From contig NC_086097.1 in assembly GCF_963921235.1 (NCBI RefSeq), positions 59,150,001 to 59,214,000 of the forward strand: 64,000 nucleotides of DNA. Direction: 5' to 3'. Positions 39,158 through 52,400 of this stretch are shown here, piece after piece (position 1 is the stretch's first letter; each line of letters opens with the position of its first letter). The translations under genes were made by a program, and so were the position numbers. The stretch is from Mobula hypostoma. Its lineage: Eukaryota. Under the pieces are notes generated by a model. The model was not told the DNA's origin and did not search any database. It was given only the letters and a program-made list of their open reading frames with translations.

Positions 39158-39590
39158 TAAGGTTCCCAACTTTCTCACTCCCAAATAACTGACAAAAGTA
39201 GCAGTCAAATCCCGGGACATTTGTGTTTACCCCGAGAAAGACTACCATGACCGTGAAGCCTTGCATGGGCACCTGTGTGTGCATGCGCGTATGTGCCGAT
39301 TTTTTTTAACCCCACTAATCGGTTTTGGCTTAATTTTCATTATTTCCACTTTATATAGGCTGTGGATTTATCATATCATTCCTGCTTTTACTATATGTTA
39401 GTGTTATTTTAGGTTTTAAGTGTTATTTGGTATGATTTGGTGGTTATTTTTTTGGGTCTGTGAACGCTCAAAATTTTTATTCTATATAAATTAATGGTAA
39501 TTGCTTCTTCAGTGTAAAGCATTTTGGCATGAAAGGTTTCATAGGAACGTTCTACCTTAGCGGGGGAATACGGGACAGTTGTCAACCCTA
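39158..39590. mobile_element. Non-autonomous hAT-type MITE with 8-bp TSD
   Basis: TIRs taaggttcccaac / gttgtcaacccta. TSD cacctcac at 39150-39157 and 39591-39598. The transposase frame resumes afterwards. Confidence 0.9.
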
Positions 39591-41327
39591 CACCTCACAG
39601 ACTGTCTCAGACTGGCTGTCTGTAGTTATGAGCCAAATTTCAGGGAACTAGCAGAAAGTATTCAGCCCCAGTTGTCACACTGAGTGCAACAGTTAATTTT
39701 TATTCATTTATTTTTCGTGTTGAAATAAAATTAAATAATGAAACTTAAATTAAAGGTGTGAAGTATTGTAATATTCTTAAAGAAAGACAGCTATGGCCTG
39801 TTTGATATGCTAATTATGGTGATTTCTTGTTTGAATTAATTTGAAAGTTTGACAAAAGTATTTTGTGTAATTCAAATACAATTCGCCCAAATAAAAGGCC
39901 TCAAATTGGAAGTACAATCTGAGCTGTTTTTTCTCTAAACGATTTAATAAGTAGATCTTGCCTTTCACTGAGGTCAAGGTAGGGGATCTTGGGCTTAAAA
40001 AGGTTGGTGACCGCTACTTTATCATGACTGCAAAGCAAGGGGACAGAAGCCAGAATAACAAGGTGGGATGGCGTGTGTGGGGAGGGGAAGGAGTATAAGC
40101 TGGCATGTGGTAGGTGACACCAAGTGGGGCAGAAGGTGGGCAGCTGGGGGAGGGGATGATGTAAGAAGCTAGAAGGGGATAGGTGCAAGAGGTAAAGCGC
40201 TGGAGAAGAAGGATTCCGCTAAGAGAGCACAGTAGACCATGTAAAAAAAAGGAAGGAGGAGGGGAAACAGAGGGAGGTGTAGGCATGTGAGGTGAAGTGA
40301 ATGGGTGAAAGTGAAACCAGAATGGAAAATAAAAAAGAAAAGGATGTGGGTTGATTACTGGAAGTCCCCATCTCACTTTTTACTTTATCTCATCTCTGCC
40401 ATACACCCACCTTCTCCTCACCTGGTCTCAACTATCACCTACCAGCTTGTTCTCCTTCTCCTTCCCCTCCTCCTTACTCTGGCTTCTTCCATCTTTCTTT
40501 ATGGTTGTGATGAAGGGCCTTAGCCTGACTGTTTATTCTTCTCCGTAGAGGCTGCCTGACTTGCTGAGTTTCTCCAGCATTTCAAAACATGATTGTTGCC
40601 AGCTACGTTTTTCAAGTTTTAGTCATGACTGTCCAGGATTTATTCATTAGTAATTTAGTTCAGTAATAGAGAGATCAGGCAGGAGGTGCTGTGCTATATT
40701 GAATAAAAATAATTAAAGCCAGCAAGGTTCTAATTTTGTTTCAGTTGACATTTTATAGGTGAATGTAACTTTTCATTTAATGAATCTTAAGTACAGAAGA
40801 AAACATTTCCTTTTAAATTTGAGGTTTGGGTGAAAATTGTAAACTTGAGATAAAAGTTTTCCTAGCATAAATTATTCAGCTGAAAATATTCAAACTATGT
40901 TTGTTCAAGAAATTGGCCCATAATTATTGTGATTAGAAGCTTTCAAGATCCTTTGGTAAGGCGAGAAATCAGTCAGTGAATCTCAGAACGTACAAGGGCT
41001 GACCCTAATGATTTTGGAGATGGACATGTGGCATGTGATCTTTAGCTGTCCTTTGTATGGTCAATGATTTAAAATAAGTACAGAGGAAGAAAAACAATGC
41101 CTTTTATTTAATATAAAGTACATGCAATCCTTCTAAACAAGCCCTCTACCTTCTACAGAAGGCCTCCAAAGGAACTTTCCTAAAAAGGCAAATAGTAAAA
41201 CTTCACAACATCTGTCCACATTTCCGTCTTCATTGTTCAAGTCTGGTTAAGAACCTTTTTTGCAGAGCACATTTCCACATTTATTGTATTTCATTAATTT
41301 CAATTATATTCCCATTTCGTATGGGAA

Positions 41328-42297
41328 TGGGATGAAGATGTAGATGGGTGGGTTAGTACATTTGTGGATGATACCAAGATTGGTGGAGTTGTGGCTAGTA
41401 TGGAAGAATGGCAAAGAATACAGCACAATATAGATCAGTTGCAGATATGGGTAGAGAAATGGCAGATGGAGGATAACCAAGATAAATGTGAGATACTGCA
41501 CCTTGGTAGGGCAAAAGGAAGGAGACAGTGCATTGTTAAGGGCAAGATCCTTAACAGTGTTGCTGAGCAGAGAGATCTTGGAATCCAGGTTCATAGCTCC
41601 TGGAAAGTAACAACATAGATCGATCGTGTGGTTAAGAAGGCTCACGGAATTCTTGCTTTTATTAGTCAAGGCACTGAGTTCAAAAGTCAGGAGGTTATGT
41701 TGCAACTTTATAAAACTGTGCTAGAGCTACATCTAGAGTATTGTGTACAGTTCTGGTTACCCCAATATAGGGAGGATTTTGAGGCTTTGCAGAGGGTGCA
41801 GAAGTTTACCAGGTTGCTGTTCGGTTTAGAGGGCATATGCTATCACGAGTTGTTGGATAAACTTGGGCTTTTTTCTCTGGAGCATTGGAGGCTTAGGGGA
41901 GATCTGATAGAGGTTTACAAGATTATGATAGGCATAGATAGAGTGGGAACACAGAGCTTCTGTTCTCCAGAGTTGAAATATCTAATACCAGAGGGCATGC
42001 TTTGATGGTGAGAGGGGGCAGCTTCAAGAGGGGGGGGGGATGTGAAGGGTAAATTTTTTAACTCAGAGTCACGGATGCCTGGAATGCGCTGTCTGGTAGA
42101 GTGGTAGAAGCAAATACATAAGAGTCTTTTTTAAAAAGATATTTGGATAGCGACATGGATGTAAGGAAGATGGAGGGATATGGACATGGTGTAGATAGAA
42201 GGGATTAATGTTTGGGTGTTTTTGATTTGTTTTTAGCTGGTTCGGCGCAACATTATGGCAAATGGCCTTTTCCTGTGCTGTACTCTTCTATGTTCTA
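41328..42297 (+). mobile_element. CR1 3' fragment
   Basis: DDTKIGG..EQRDLGIQVH; LEYCVQFW..RGDLIEVYK; tail ttctatgttcta. Confidence 0.92.
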
Positions 42298-44790
42298 TTA
42301 TGGGGAAAAGGCCAGAGAAAAGGTCAGCTGTGATTGAATGGTGGATCGAACTTGATTGGTGTAATGGCCTAATTCTGCTCCTACGTACTTCTTATTATTG
42401 TTGATATAATTATTTTAATTAATGGAGTTCTCGTTGCTGACAACATTTGAGATATTTTATTTTTGTCCTCCATTTCTAATTGTCAAACTCAAAGTAAATA
42501 ATCTACTAGCATTTATACTATCTGGACCTCAGAATGTTGAAAGAAAATGTAATATCACCTCACAATATAAGTTTCTCCATTGGAAACAAACTTATTTAGT
42601 CTGTAGGAGCAATTATGCGACTCTAGGAGGCATTTATTCTGACAATGTCAATTCAATTCAACGTCAAGAAAGGATATTATCCTTACCCATTGGACTATAA
42701 AATATCAATTTTTCATTCATGTAATGACATGCAAAGATATCATAACTGACTACTTCTAAGCTATTAGACTTAAGAGTCCACAAATTTGATCTGAGAGCCC
42801 ACTCTTCGGTTTATAAACCACCTCTGGAGATGCATTAGGGGTTGTGTTGACACCCATTCTAGATCAGCACTGTGGTGCTGTGCCCTCTTGCAGTTTCCAG
42901 TTGCTCATCTGAGAAAGATGTTCAGGTTATCCACTATGTAAATCAGGGGCTTATTTCCTAACTTGACATCCTTCAGTGACATCAATGCAAGCTGTGCCCA
43001 GTTACATCAGATGCAAAAAAATATATAGTCATGAAAATAGTGATGACATGAAAATACAAACCTCAGCCAAGAGGAGCAGGAATATGTTCTGACTCTTCTT
43101 TCAATGGTCTCTCTAGCCAAACATATAACATTCTCTCTTTTGTCTGTCTTACCTGACAGGCTTTGCTATCTAACTCACAAACAGCCTTTAGATTAGTTGC
43201 AATAAGGCTTGTTTGGTATAATCATGCAATTGGCATTGGCAGATCAAACTTCCCTGGCATTTCTCTTTTAAACACGTGATATGTTCAAAACACTAGCCTG
43301 ATCTGAATTCAACCTTTCAGTCCTTCTGTCACTTGAACATGTCTTTTATTATTAATTAGACCAAGTTGGGGCCTGAAGTATGTCTGTTCCAATGATTATC
43401 TATTGATGTTGGTGAGCATGAGAAGGCTTTGAGCAAAGAGCTTTATGGAAGAGAAAAATGACAGTGTGAGTAATAAGATTTAATGAAACAAATTAATCAA
43501 ATGTTTGCCGTGTGTAGGAACCAATCTGTTGTAATGACAATTGGTTTTGTATGGAATGATTAAGTTGGAATTTAAAATCAATGAGATGAAAAGCCTATGA
43601 TATTGTAGCTAATTGGTTTACTGATCAATTTAAAAGTAAAACAATGTTCTACATACCCAACATCTTCTTAAGTACATTTTTTGTGGAACGTTTTATATGT
43701 TCATAAAACTTCATGCCTCAGAGTAGCATGGTACACTGACATTACAGATGTATTTAGAACCTGTCAGTTTATTTCCATTACTTCTTTGATCTATATGCAT
43801 AATTTTAACAAAATAAAAACAGAATACTCAAAACACTCAACAGCTCAGGAAGCTTCTTCATTGTGAGAAGTGCTTTGGTTCCAGCAAAGTGTGCATTGAG
43901 AATTTGATATTTCATTAGAACTGGGAAAAGGTAGAAAATAAACAAGTTCCATGATATGAGAGATGTAGAGAGGGAGAAAGAAAAAGAAGAAATAGAAACC
44001 ATAGAAGGTGAACAAAATCCTGCTGGAAAGAGAAGAAAACCTTCTTCTGCAGGTGCATCTATTGGAGCAAGAAACCTTTCAGTTACTCTCAGCAGTGATG
44101 ATCCATGTGAAATGATGGTCCGTTGTAAAAATCTCACAAGAACATAAGGAATATGATCTTGGCCTGTTAGGGAACATTCTGGGTTTATGAAATTATGTAA
44201 AGCATAATAATGAATTAACTAAAAGTAAGAACCAGTCTTCAGGAATTAAAACCTATACCCAATCCAACATCACAACTGATACTTTGTGGCTAGTGAAACC
44301 AGTCATTGGGTATAAGACATTCTGAAAATGCCCCATTGAAACAGCAAAAGAAAATAAATGAATGTTCCTGCTATAGTACATTGCACAAAAGGCATGTCCC
44401 TACCTCTTCATGCATAGATCAGATCTGTTTTGTCACGTAACCACGTTCTTAGTAGTATATTCAAAAAACTATCACTCAACACTGTAACAAAAAGAGTATA
44501 TTTTGGGTGTCTGGAGTTTGTCCTCAAAAGGCTCTTGGAACAGACACCAGTATCGAATATTCAAAGGGATCCTACTAAATGGAATGTGCTACAATTGTAA
44601 ATATGTAATCCTGTAAATTTACCTGACTATATTCAAAATGTTAGAGTTAAGTAGGTGATAGCAGCAATTGAAACAGTAGTTAATCATTTATTGTTACCTT
44701 TGTATTGAAGACGCATACACCCAGTGAGATTCTTTTGGATTCTCCTGGAGTCACTCCTCAAGATTTGATGTATGAATAAAGACTTTTAGA

Positions 44791-45341
44791 CACTTAGTGG
44801 CTACTTTATTAAGTACACCTGTACACCTGCTTGTTAATGCAAATATTTAATCAGACAATTATATGGCAACACCTCAATGCATAAAAGCATGTAGACATGA
44901 TCAAGAGGTTCAGCTGTTATTCAAACCAGAAACCAGAATGGGGAAGAAATGTGAATGATTTTGAATGTGGAATGATTGTTTGTGCCAGACTGGGTGAATT
45001 GAGTATCGCAGAACTGTTGATCTCCTTAGGGTTTTTATGCACAACAGTTTCTAGATTTACAGAGCATGATGCGAAAAACAAAAAAAAAGCATCCAGTGAG
45101 TGAAAACACCTTGTTAATGTGAGAGGTCAGAGGAGAGTGGTCAGACTGGTACAATCTATCAGGAAGGCAACAGTACCTCAAATAACCAAGTGTTCTGCAC
45201 TTTTGTTGCTGCAGAAGAGCATCTTTGAACACACAACACATTGGACCTTGAAGTGGATGCAAGGTTCAGAAGACTATAAACGTACAATCAATGGATACTT
45301 TATTAGCTATTGGAGTTACGTAATAACATGGTTACAGAGTG
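44791..45341 (+). mobile_element. Internally deleted Tc1/mariner element
   Basis: Decayed TIRs cacttagtggctactttatta / taataacatggttacagagtg-TA; NDFECGMIVCARLGELSIAE; RGQRRVVRLVQSIRKATVPQIT. Confidence 0.8.
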
Positions 45342-46873
45342 TACAAAGTGCAGTTCCAGCTTCCATGTGCTCAATTTTAGTTAGTGACAACATGGCCCAC
45401 TGGGCCTGATGGACCATTCAATAAGATTTTAGCTGATCTGGCCATAGTCTCAGCTCTACCTTTCTGCCTCTTCTCCATAGCCCTTAATTCCCCTTCTTTG
45501 CAAAGATCTATTCAACTGTGTTTTAGTTATATTTAATGAAGATGGTGAGGGGATTCTTTACATTTTCAATTAAAACTAACTTGGTGAATGATGTGACGAA
45601 GGAAGGAGAAATCGTAGGTTCATGTCCATTTACGTACAAGAGCAAAAGATGCATACAGAATGAAACTAATTACAAATTCTATCTTAAATTATACTTCGGC
45701 TTTATTAAAACTGACCACCTGAGACATCATTCAGCTTTCCCACTGCTGTGTATTGGCAATGCTCACAGCAAGATCAACCAGCTCAGGTTTTGGCAGCAAT
45801 CCTCCAGTGAGTCTTAGAATCGGGGACCAGCTTTTGCAGCCAGTTCATTCCCTTCTCTTCAGAAGTCCCCATTGATCTCTTTAAGGACCACTTACTAAAT
45901 GATTATAGAGCTCAAATTGTCTGGAGGTTGGAGACCAAATTTTTGAGCATAGATTCTTAAACTGCACTTGAGTTTTTCATTATGTGGTATCAATATTCCT
46001 TGGTGTATGATGGCTCAATCTGTTCATCCATTTCTCTTTAAATAAACTGCATCTGAAAATACATATCCAGCAAAATCTATGACTGAGAATTTGAAAATAA
46101 TTTTAATACATGTGGAAACATTAGTGCCTGTTGAATGGATGAAAGAGTGTCAGGTGTGGGGAACAGATGGTTAGTTTTATCCTGAGTACGAAAGGACGAT
46201 AATGACTGATAATCTGGTGGCATAATGGTAGAAATGCTTTGTACTTCACTTCTAATCGACACCAGACACTTTTTTTTAAATTTCAGCAGCCTTAGAGGTA
46301 TTGATTTTAAAAGAGAAATGTGCCTGATTCCCAGGAGTTCATTATTGAGTGTATCGGAGTCCTGCCAATCTAATATAGGATGTATCTATATTCCCACTCA
46401 ATCTGGAGCACCTTCTGCTAGTGCATATTAACAAAAACAAGTTTCAACTTTTTGAACACCTATATTCGAAGACCTGAAAATGATAAGCAAAGACATCGTA
46501 TATATATTAAACTACTACAGAACGCTCCTACACTGAACAGAACCACTAAACAAAAGGCTGCAAGACTTCATAATGGTTATAGTCAGAGTAATCCCCTTCC
46601 TATGAGAGACTGCACACAATGTGCTTGGTTCCAATATGAAACATGACAGATTTGTAAGCTGCTATTTGAAATCCAATTTTCACATGGGATTTTGCCACCA
46701 GAGTGCCAGTAAAACAGAACAGAAGATTGTGATGAACAGCTGCTCATTGGCAGCATAATTTGTGTTCTAAGCCAATAATTCTAATACATGCTTAATTTCA
46801 ATTGGATAACAATTGCATTAATAATCCCTGTTTTAAATGAATTTCTTTTAATTGGGGATGGTGGTAGAGACAG

Positions 46874-47921
46874 AAACATTAGGGACATTTAAGAGACTCT
46901 TAGATTGGCACGCGGAAGAAAGAAACATGGATGGCTATGTGGGAGAGATGGTTTTGATTGATCCTGGAGTAGGTCAGCACAACTTTGTGGGCCGAAGGGT
47001 TTGTACTGTACTGTATTCTATTCTATGTTGGTAAGAGGTTCACACTATGGAAAAATTATGTTATTAATTTAATTTTATAAAACATAATAATTTAACTTTA
47101 GGGGTGATTGCTGTATAATATTAAAATCCATAATATGTAATCAACTTATAAAAATGCATCTGTGAACAAAAAGGTCATTGTTGACAAATCCTAATCATAA
47201 CCTAAATGTTTGCAATAGGTACACTTTGCATATTTTCAATCAAATGGTTTAATAGATCCATCATATCATGCTGGGGGAGCAGTCTGAGACTTTCCTCAAA
47301 GCTGACAAGATCAATCTCTGGTCTAAAGTGATGTGTTTCTCCATTAGGTAGTCATAATAGTGGCAATGGATTAATCCAGCATGGATTTCATTTAAGAAAA
47401 TTCAAATGAATGAAACTTTTAAAAATCCTTTTAAAAACTTTTGTATCTTCTATGGGAAGGAGAAAGAGTGACTGGGTGTGTTAGGGTGTATGGTTATGTT
47501 AGCTGCTTTCCTGGGGCAGCAGGAAAGGTAGAGAGAGCCAAAGGATGAAAAGGCTGACTTTTATGATAGACTGGGTTGTAAAGTTAATGATAATTTTAAA
47601 ATAGTCTTTTTATTCTGTTTTGTCAACTGTAACAAGAATCATGAATATACTTCAAAACCATTGTTTCCCTATAACCCCTTTAAAAGATCACCCCTAAAGT
47701 TAAATTATTATGTTTTATAAAATTAAATTAATAACATAATTTTTCCATAGTGTGAACCTCTTACCAACATAGAATAGAATACAGTACAGTACAAACCCTT
47801 CGGCCCACAATGTTGTGCTGACCTACTCCAGGATCAATCAAAACCATCTCTCCCACATAGCCATCCATGTTTCTTTCTTCCGCGTGCCAATCTAAGAGTC
47901 TCTTAAATGTCCCTAATGTTT
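46874..47921. repeat. 235-bp near-perfect inverted duplication (46874-47108 / 47687-47921), 578-bp spacer
   Basis: The arms are reverse complements with one mismatch seen. Each contains a CR1 tail plus ~80 bp of AT-rich flank. Confidence 0.97.
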
Positions 47922-49162
47922 TGATTTGATTGAGTTGTTGAAGAAGTAACCATGAAGGTCAATGAGGGCATGCTGATAAATGTTCTATATGGAATTCAGT
48001 AAGGCCTTTGATAGGGTTCTGCAATGATAGGATCTATGGGAAGTTAGATTGCATGGGATCCGGGAAATTTGGCTGTGTGGATTCAGAACTTGCTTGCCCA
48101 CAGATGACAGAGGGCGATAGCATATAGAAAAAGGTCTGCCTGGAGGTTCGCGCTAAGTGGTGTTCGACGTGGACTGCTTTGAGACTTCTGCCCCATGATA
48201 AGTGGTGTTCGGCATACAACTGTTCTGCAATCTCTGCTCTTTATGATTTCTAAAATTTACTTAGACGAGGAAGTGGAAGGATGGGTTATTAAGTTTGCAG
48301 ATGACATGCAGTTTGGTGATGTTGTAGGTAGTGTGGAGGGTTGTTGTATGTTACAATGGGACATTGATAGGATGCAGAGGTAGGCTGAGAAATGATAGAT
48401 GGTATTCAGTCCGGTAAAAGGTGAGGTGATACACTTTGGAAGGTCAAACATGAAGTCAGAGTACGAGGTTAATGGCAGGATTCTTAGCAGTGAGGAGGAG
48501 CAGAGGGATCTTGCGGCCATTGTTTATAGTTCTCTTAACATTGCTGTGCATTTTGATAGGATGGTTAAAAATAGGCGTTCATTAGTCGGGGGATGGGTTA
48601 AGTTCATGAGTCGCAAGGTAATGTTGGAGCTCTATATACTCTGGTTAGACTACACAATTTCCTTATTATAGAAAACATGGGGAAGTTTTAGAAAGGGTAT
48701 AGAGGAAATTTACCAGGATGATGCCTGGATTAAAGAGTATGTCTTATGAGGATAGGTTGAATGAGCTAGGGCTTTTCTCTTTAGAGCAAAGGAGGATGAG
48801 AGGTGAATTGATAGATGTGAACAAGATGATTAAGAGCTATAGATAGAGTGGACAGCTCCCATCTTTCCCCAGAACAGAAGTGGCTAATCCAAGAGGGAAT
48901 AATTTTAAGGTGATTGGAGGAAAGTATTAGGGGATGTAGTTTTTTATAGAGAATGTTAAGTGCATGATACACACTGCCAAAGTTTGCGGTAGAGGCAGGT
49001 ACATTAGGAACACTTAAGAGGCTCTTGGGTAGGCAAATGGAGAAAATAATTATGAATGGCCATGGGCGCGGGAAGCTTTAGAATGATCTTGTAGTAAGTT
49101 AAAAGGTTGGCACAACATTATGGGCCGAAGGATGTGTACTCTGATGATTGTTCTGTGTTTTA
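47922..49162 (+). mobile_element. Decayed CR1 RT/3' fragment
   Basis: LDEEVEGWVIKFADD; EVIHFGRSN..EEQRDL; CR1-type 3' end at ~49110-49160. Confidence 0.88.
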
Positions 49163-49494
49163 ATGGTTACCAACAATTGTGCGATTTTTTTTCAGTTCAG
49201 TGAAATTGTAATTGCTATTAGGTGCAAACTGGATCTCTACAGATCACCAGATTTAATCTACAACAGTCTCTCTTACTTTATGTTACCATGCAGGAAAAAA
49301 AATTGATAAAGTTATAACAGGACCTCAACAACTTCACTGGATTGGTAGAACTAGACCTGCAACACTTACACACATCAGGCGAGTATACCCAACACTGCTG
49401 CAGTTCCACACTCGGTACTGACTTTATACTACTCACAATTGGCATACCTAACCTGCTCCATTCATTTCAATGGGAACACTGACTTTCATTTTAA

Positions 49495-52400
49495 AAAAAT
49501 GTAAGCGGTTTGTGGTCTGTGAACACGGTGAAGGGCCTACCTTCTAAGAAGTACCTGAAATGCCGGATTGCCAGGTATAGTGCCAATAGCTCCCGGTCGA
49601 AAGCACTGTATTTGAGTTCGGGTGGTCGTAGGTGTTTGCTGGAGAATGCCAGGGGTTGCCATCGACCCCTGATGAGTTGTTCCAGCACTCCACCGACTGC
49701 TGTGTTGGATGCATCCACCATGAGGACAGTAGGAACGTCCGTTCTGGGGTGCACTAGCATCGCGGTGTTTGCCAAGGCTTCTTTGGTGTTAACGAAAGCA
49801 GCTGCAGCCTTTTCGTCCCAGGTAATGTCCTTGCCCTTACCTGACATCAGGGTGAACAGGGGGCACATGATTTGGGCTGCTGAGGGGAGGAAACGGTGGT
49901 AGAAATTCACCATACCCACGAATTCCTGCAGGCCTTGGATTGTGTTGGGTCGGGGGAAGTGGCGGACCGTGTTTACCTTGGCGGGCAGGGGGTTGCCCCG
50001 TTTTTAGTCGTCCTGCGTCCCAGGAAGTCGATGGTATCCAGTCCGAACTGACACTTGGCTGTGTTAATTATAAGGCCGAATTCGCTCAGTCGGGCGTAGA
50101 GTTGACGGAGGTGGGACAGATGCTCCTGATGGCGGGGTCCTGGCCGACCCTTGCCCTGCCTCAACAGATGTCGGTGCGGCTCAGGTGTGTGAAACGACTC
50201 AAGCTGAGCTGCTCGTCGGGCCCAGGCCCCGTAGCCTTACCTGGGAGCCGAGTCCACACAACTTGAGCCGTCTTTCCTCGACACCCACAATCCCATTCAG
50301 GGATGCAAGCAGGAGGTACCTCTGTGGGCTGCTGCTCCACACCCTCCACTTCCTTGCCCTTGTCCACTGTCCCGACATGCCATGGCGATCGGTCTTTCCA
50401 CCTGGAGGTGAGGGGGGTCCCCAATGGAAGTCCCTTTATGAGGGGGTTCTTCCCATGCACCTTGGGGATCTCGGCTGGAGGGTGCTGCACAGAGCGGTGC
50501 CCTGCAATAAGTTCTTCAGTCTGTACACGGATCTCCCAGCCGCATGCCACCTCTGCCGGCTGGAGGAGACCGTGTACCATATGTACATGGAGTGCGCGAG
50601 ACTGCAGCCCCTTTTTGCGTATTTGCGTGGGCTGCTTCTCGCCTTCTGGTTGCATTTCAGTCCCGCCCTATTTATATATTGTCATCCAGTAAGGAGGGGG
50701 GCACAGAGGGATGAGGATGTCCTTGTCAACTTGCTCCTGGGGCTAGCGTAAACTCCCATCCGTGGCTCCTAGAAAAGGGTGGCAGGAGGATCTCCCCGGG
50801 CGGACTGCCTGGCTATGTTTAGGGGGTACGTTCGTGCCCGGGTGAACATTGAAAAGGAATACGCACAGCCCACGGCGACCATAGAGGTGTTCCGGGACCA
50901 TTGGGCTCCGCGGGGTGTAAATGCCATCATTGATGGAGATGGTAATATTTTGGTTTAACATGTATTGTCTGTTTGTTGTGAAGTAACTGTGTTAGTCACT
51001 GTTTTTGTACATATTGTATAGCACCGATATTTGTAATAAAGAATTTTGTTAAAAAAAAGACGACTACTGCTGGCTATGAGGATGTCGTCCAAATAGATGA
51101 ATGCAAAGTCCAGGTCGCGTCCCACCGCGTCCATTAGCGGCTGGAACGTCTGTGCGGTATTCTTTAGGCCGAATGGCATTCGGAGGAATTCGAAAAGGCC
51201 GAATGGGTTGATGAATGCTGTTTTGGGGATGTCGTCCTGATGTACCAGGATTTGATGGTATCCCCGGACGAGGTCTACCTTGGAAAAGATCCTTGCGCTG
51301 TGTAGGTTTGCTGCAAAGTCTTGGATGTGTGGCACAGGGTAGTGGTCTGGCGTTGTAGCCTCGTTCAGTCTGCGGTAGTTGCTGCATGGTCTCCAGCCCC
51401 CCGTTGCTGTGGGTACCATGTGCAGGGGGGAGGCCCATGGGCTGTCGGACGGTCAAATGATCCCCAATTCCGCAATCTTCTTGAACTCCTCCTTCACCAG
51501 TCGGAGTTTGTCCAGGGGAAGCCTTCGAGCACGGGCGTGGAGGGATGGTCCCTGGGTCGGGATGTGGTGCTGTACTCCGTGTCTGGGCATGGCTGCCGTG
51601 AACTGCGGTGTCAGAACTGATGGGAAATCTACCAGGACCCTGATGAATTCGTCGTCAGACAGCGTGATGGAGTCCAGGTGTGGGGCTGGCAACTTTGCTT
51701 CACCCAGGGAGAACGTTTGAAAAGTCTTGGCGTGGACTAGTCGCTTCCCTTGCAAGTCGACCAGCAGGCTGTGAGCTTGCAGAAAATCCGCCCCCAGGAG
51801 TGGTTGGGCCACGGCGGCCAGTGTGAAGTCCCACATGAACCGGCTGGAGCTGAACTGTAGCCGCACCGTGCGGGTGCCGTAGGTTCATATTGTGCTGCCA
51901 TTTGCGGTCCTCAGGGTGGGTCCCGGTTCTCTGTTGCGGGTGTCGTAATTGTTGGAGGTAAAATGCTGATCTCCGCTCCGGCGTCAACAAAAAAGCGGCG
52001 TCCCGACTGCTTGTCCCAGACATACAGGAGGCTGTCCTGATGGCCAGCCGCCGTAGCCATCAGCGGCAGCTGGCCCTGGCATTTCGCCAGGAATTTACAG
52101 GGCGGTCCATAGCGGCGGGCCTCTGTGCCCCACCACTGGTGGTAGAAGCACCATTGTTCATTGGGCTCCTCACTCCCGTCGCCAGGTTTTGTAGACTCTG
52201 CTGCCAGGCCTGGTCTGGTCTGCTATTGGACACGCGGCTTGGTGATCTGTGCAACGGACGCCCCTCTCTCCTTCTTGGCATTCCACAGCACAGCTGCCTG
52301 GACAGCCACCTTTCGTGAGTTGCTGAAATCTGCGTCGGACAGCAGCAGGTGTATGTCCTTGGGCAGTTGCTCTAGGAACGCCTGCTCAAACATGAAGCAG

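Larger units (their letters stand above)
36890..39683 (+). pseudogene. hAT transposase (GTF2IRD2/EPM2AIP1-like), internally deleted and twice interrupted
   Basis: RFHSEWEEEFLF..CVCMLC (BED-like); HKKP|FTGGDLFKEAM across the CR1; YFSLQFDESLDVMQIAQLVVFIR; VAITTDGA; FGSTYLCELAFSQMKIVKSKYRS*LTD..HLTDCLRLAV..QLSH*. Confidence 0.9.
36395..40016 (+). mobile_element. hAT (Charlie/SPIN-like) DNA transposon with 8-bp TSD
   Basis: TIRs taggggtcgccaacc / ggttggtgaccgcta (13/15 match). Perfect TSD ctttatca at 36387-36394 and 40017-40024. Confidence 0.95.
36265..40585. mobile_element. Penelope pseudo-LTR pair (minus copy 36265-36394 + 40017-40350; plus copy ~40365-40585) interrupted by a hAT transposon
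   Basis: aaatgttggaggaactcagcaggtcaggcagcatcta at 36312. The purine-rich tract resumes after 40017. The mirror-image end gctgagtttctccagcattt is at 40563. Confidence 0.8.

Noticed and set aside
43956..44147. 63-aa charged ORF with NLS-like KRRK
   Set aside because: It arises from purine-rich low-complexity sequence, with an upstream in-frame stop and no convincing splice sites.
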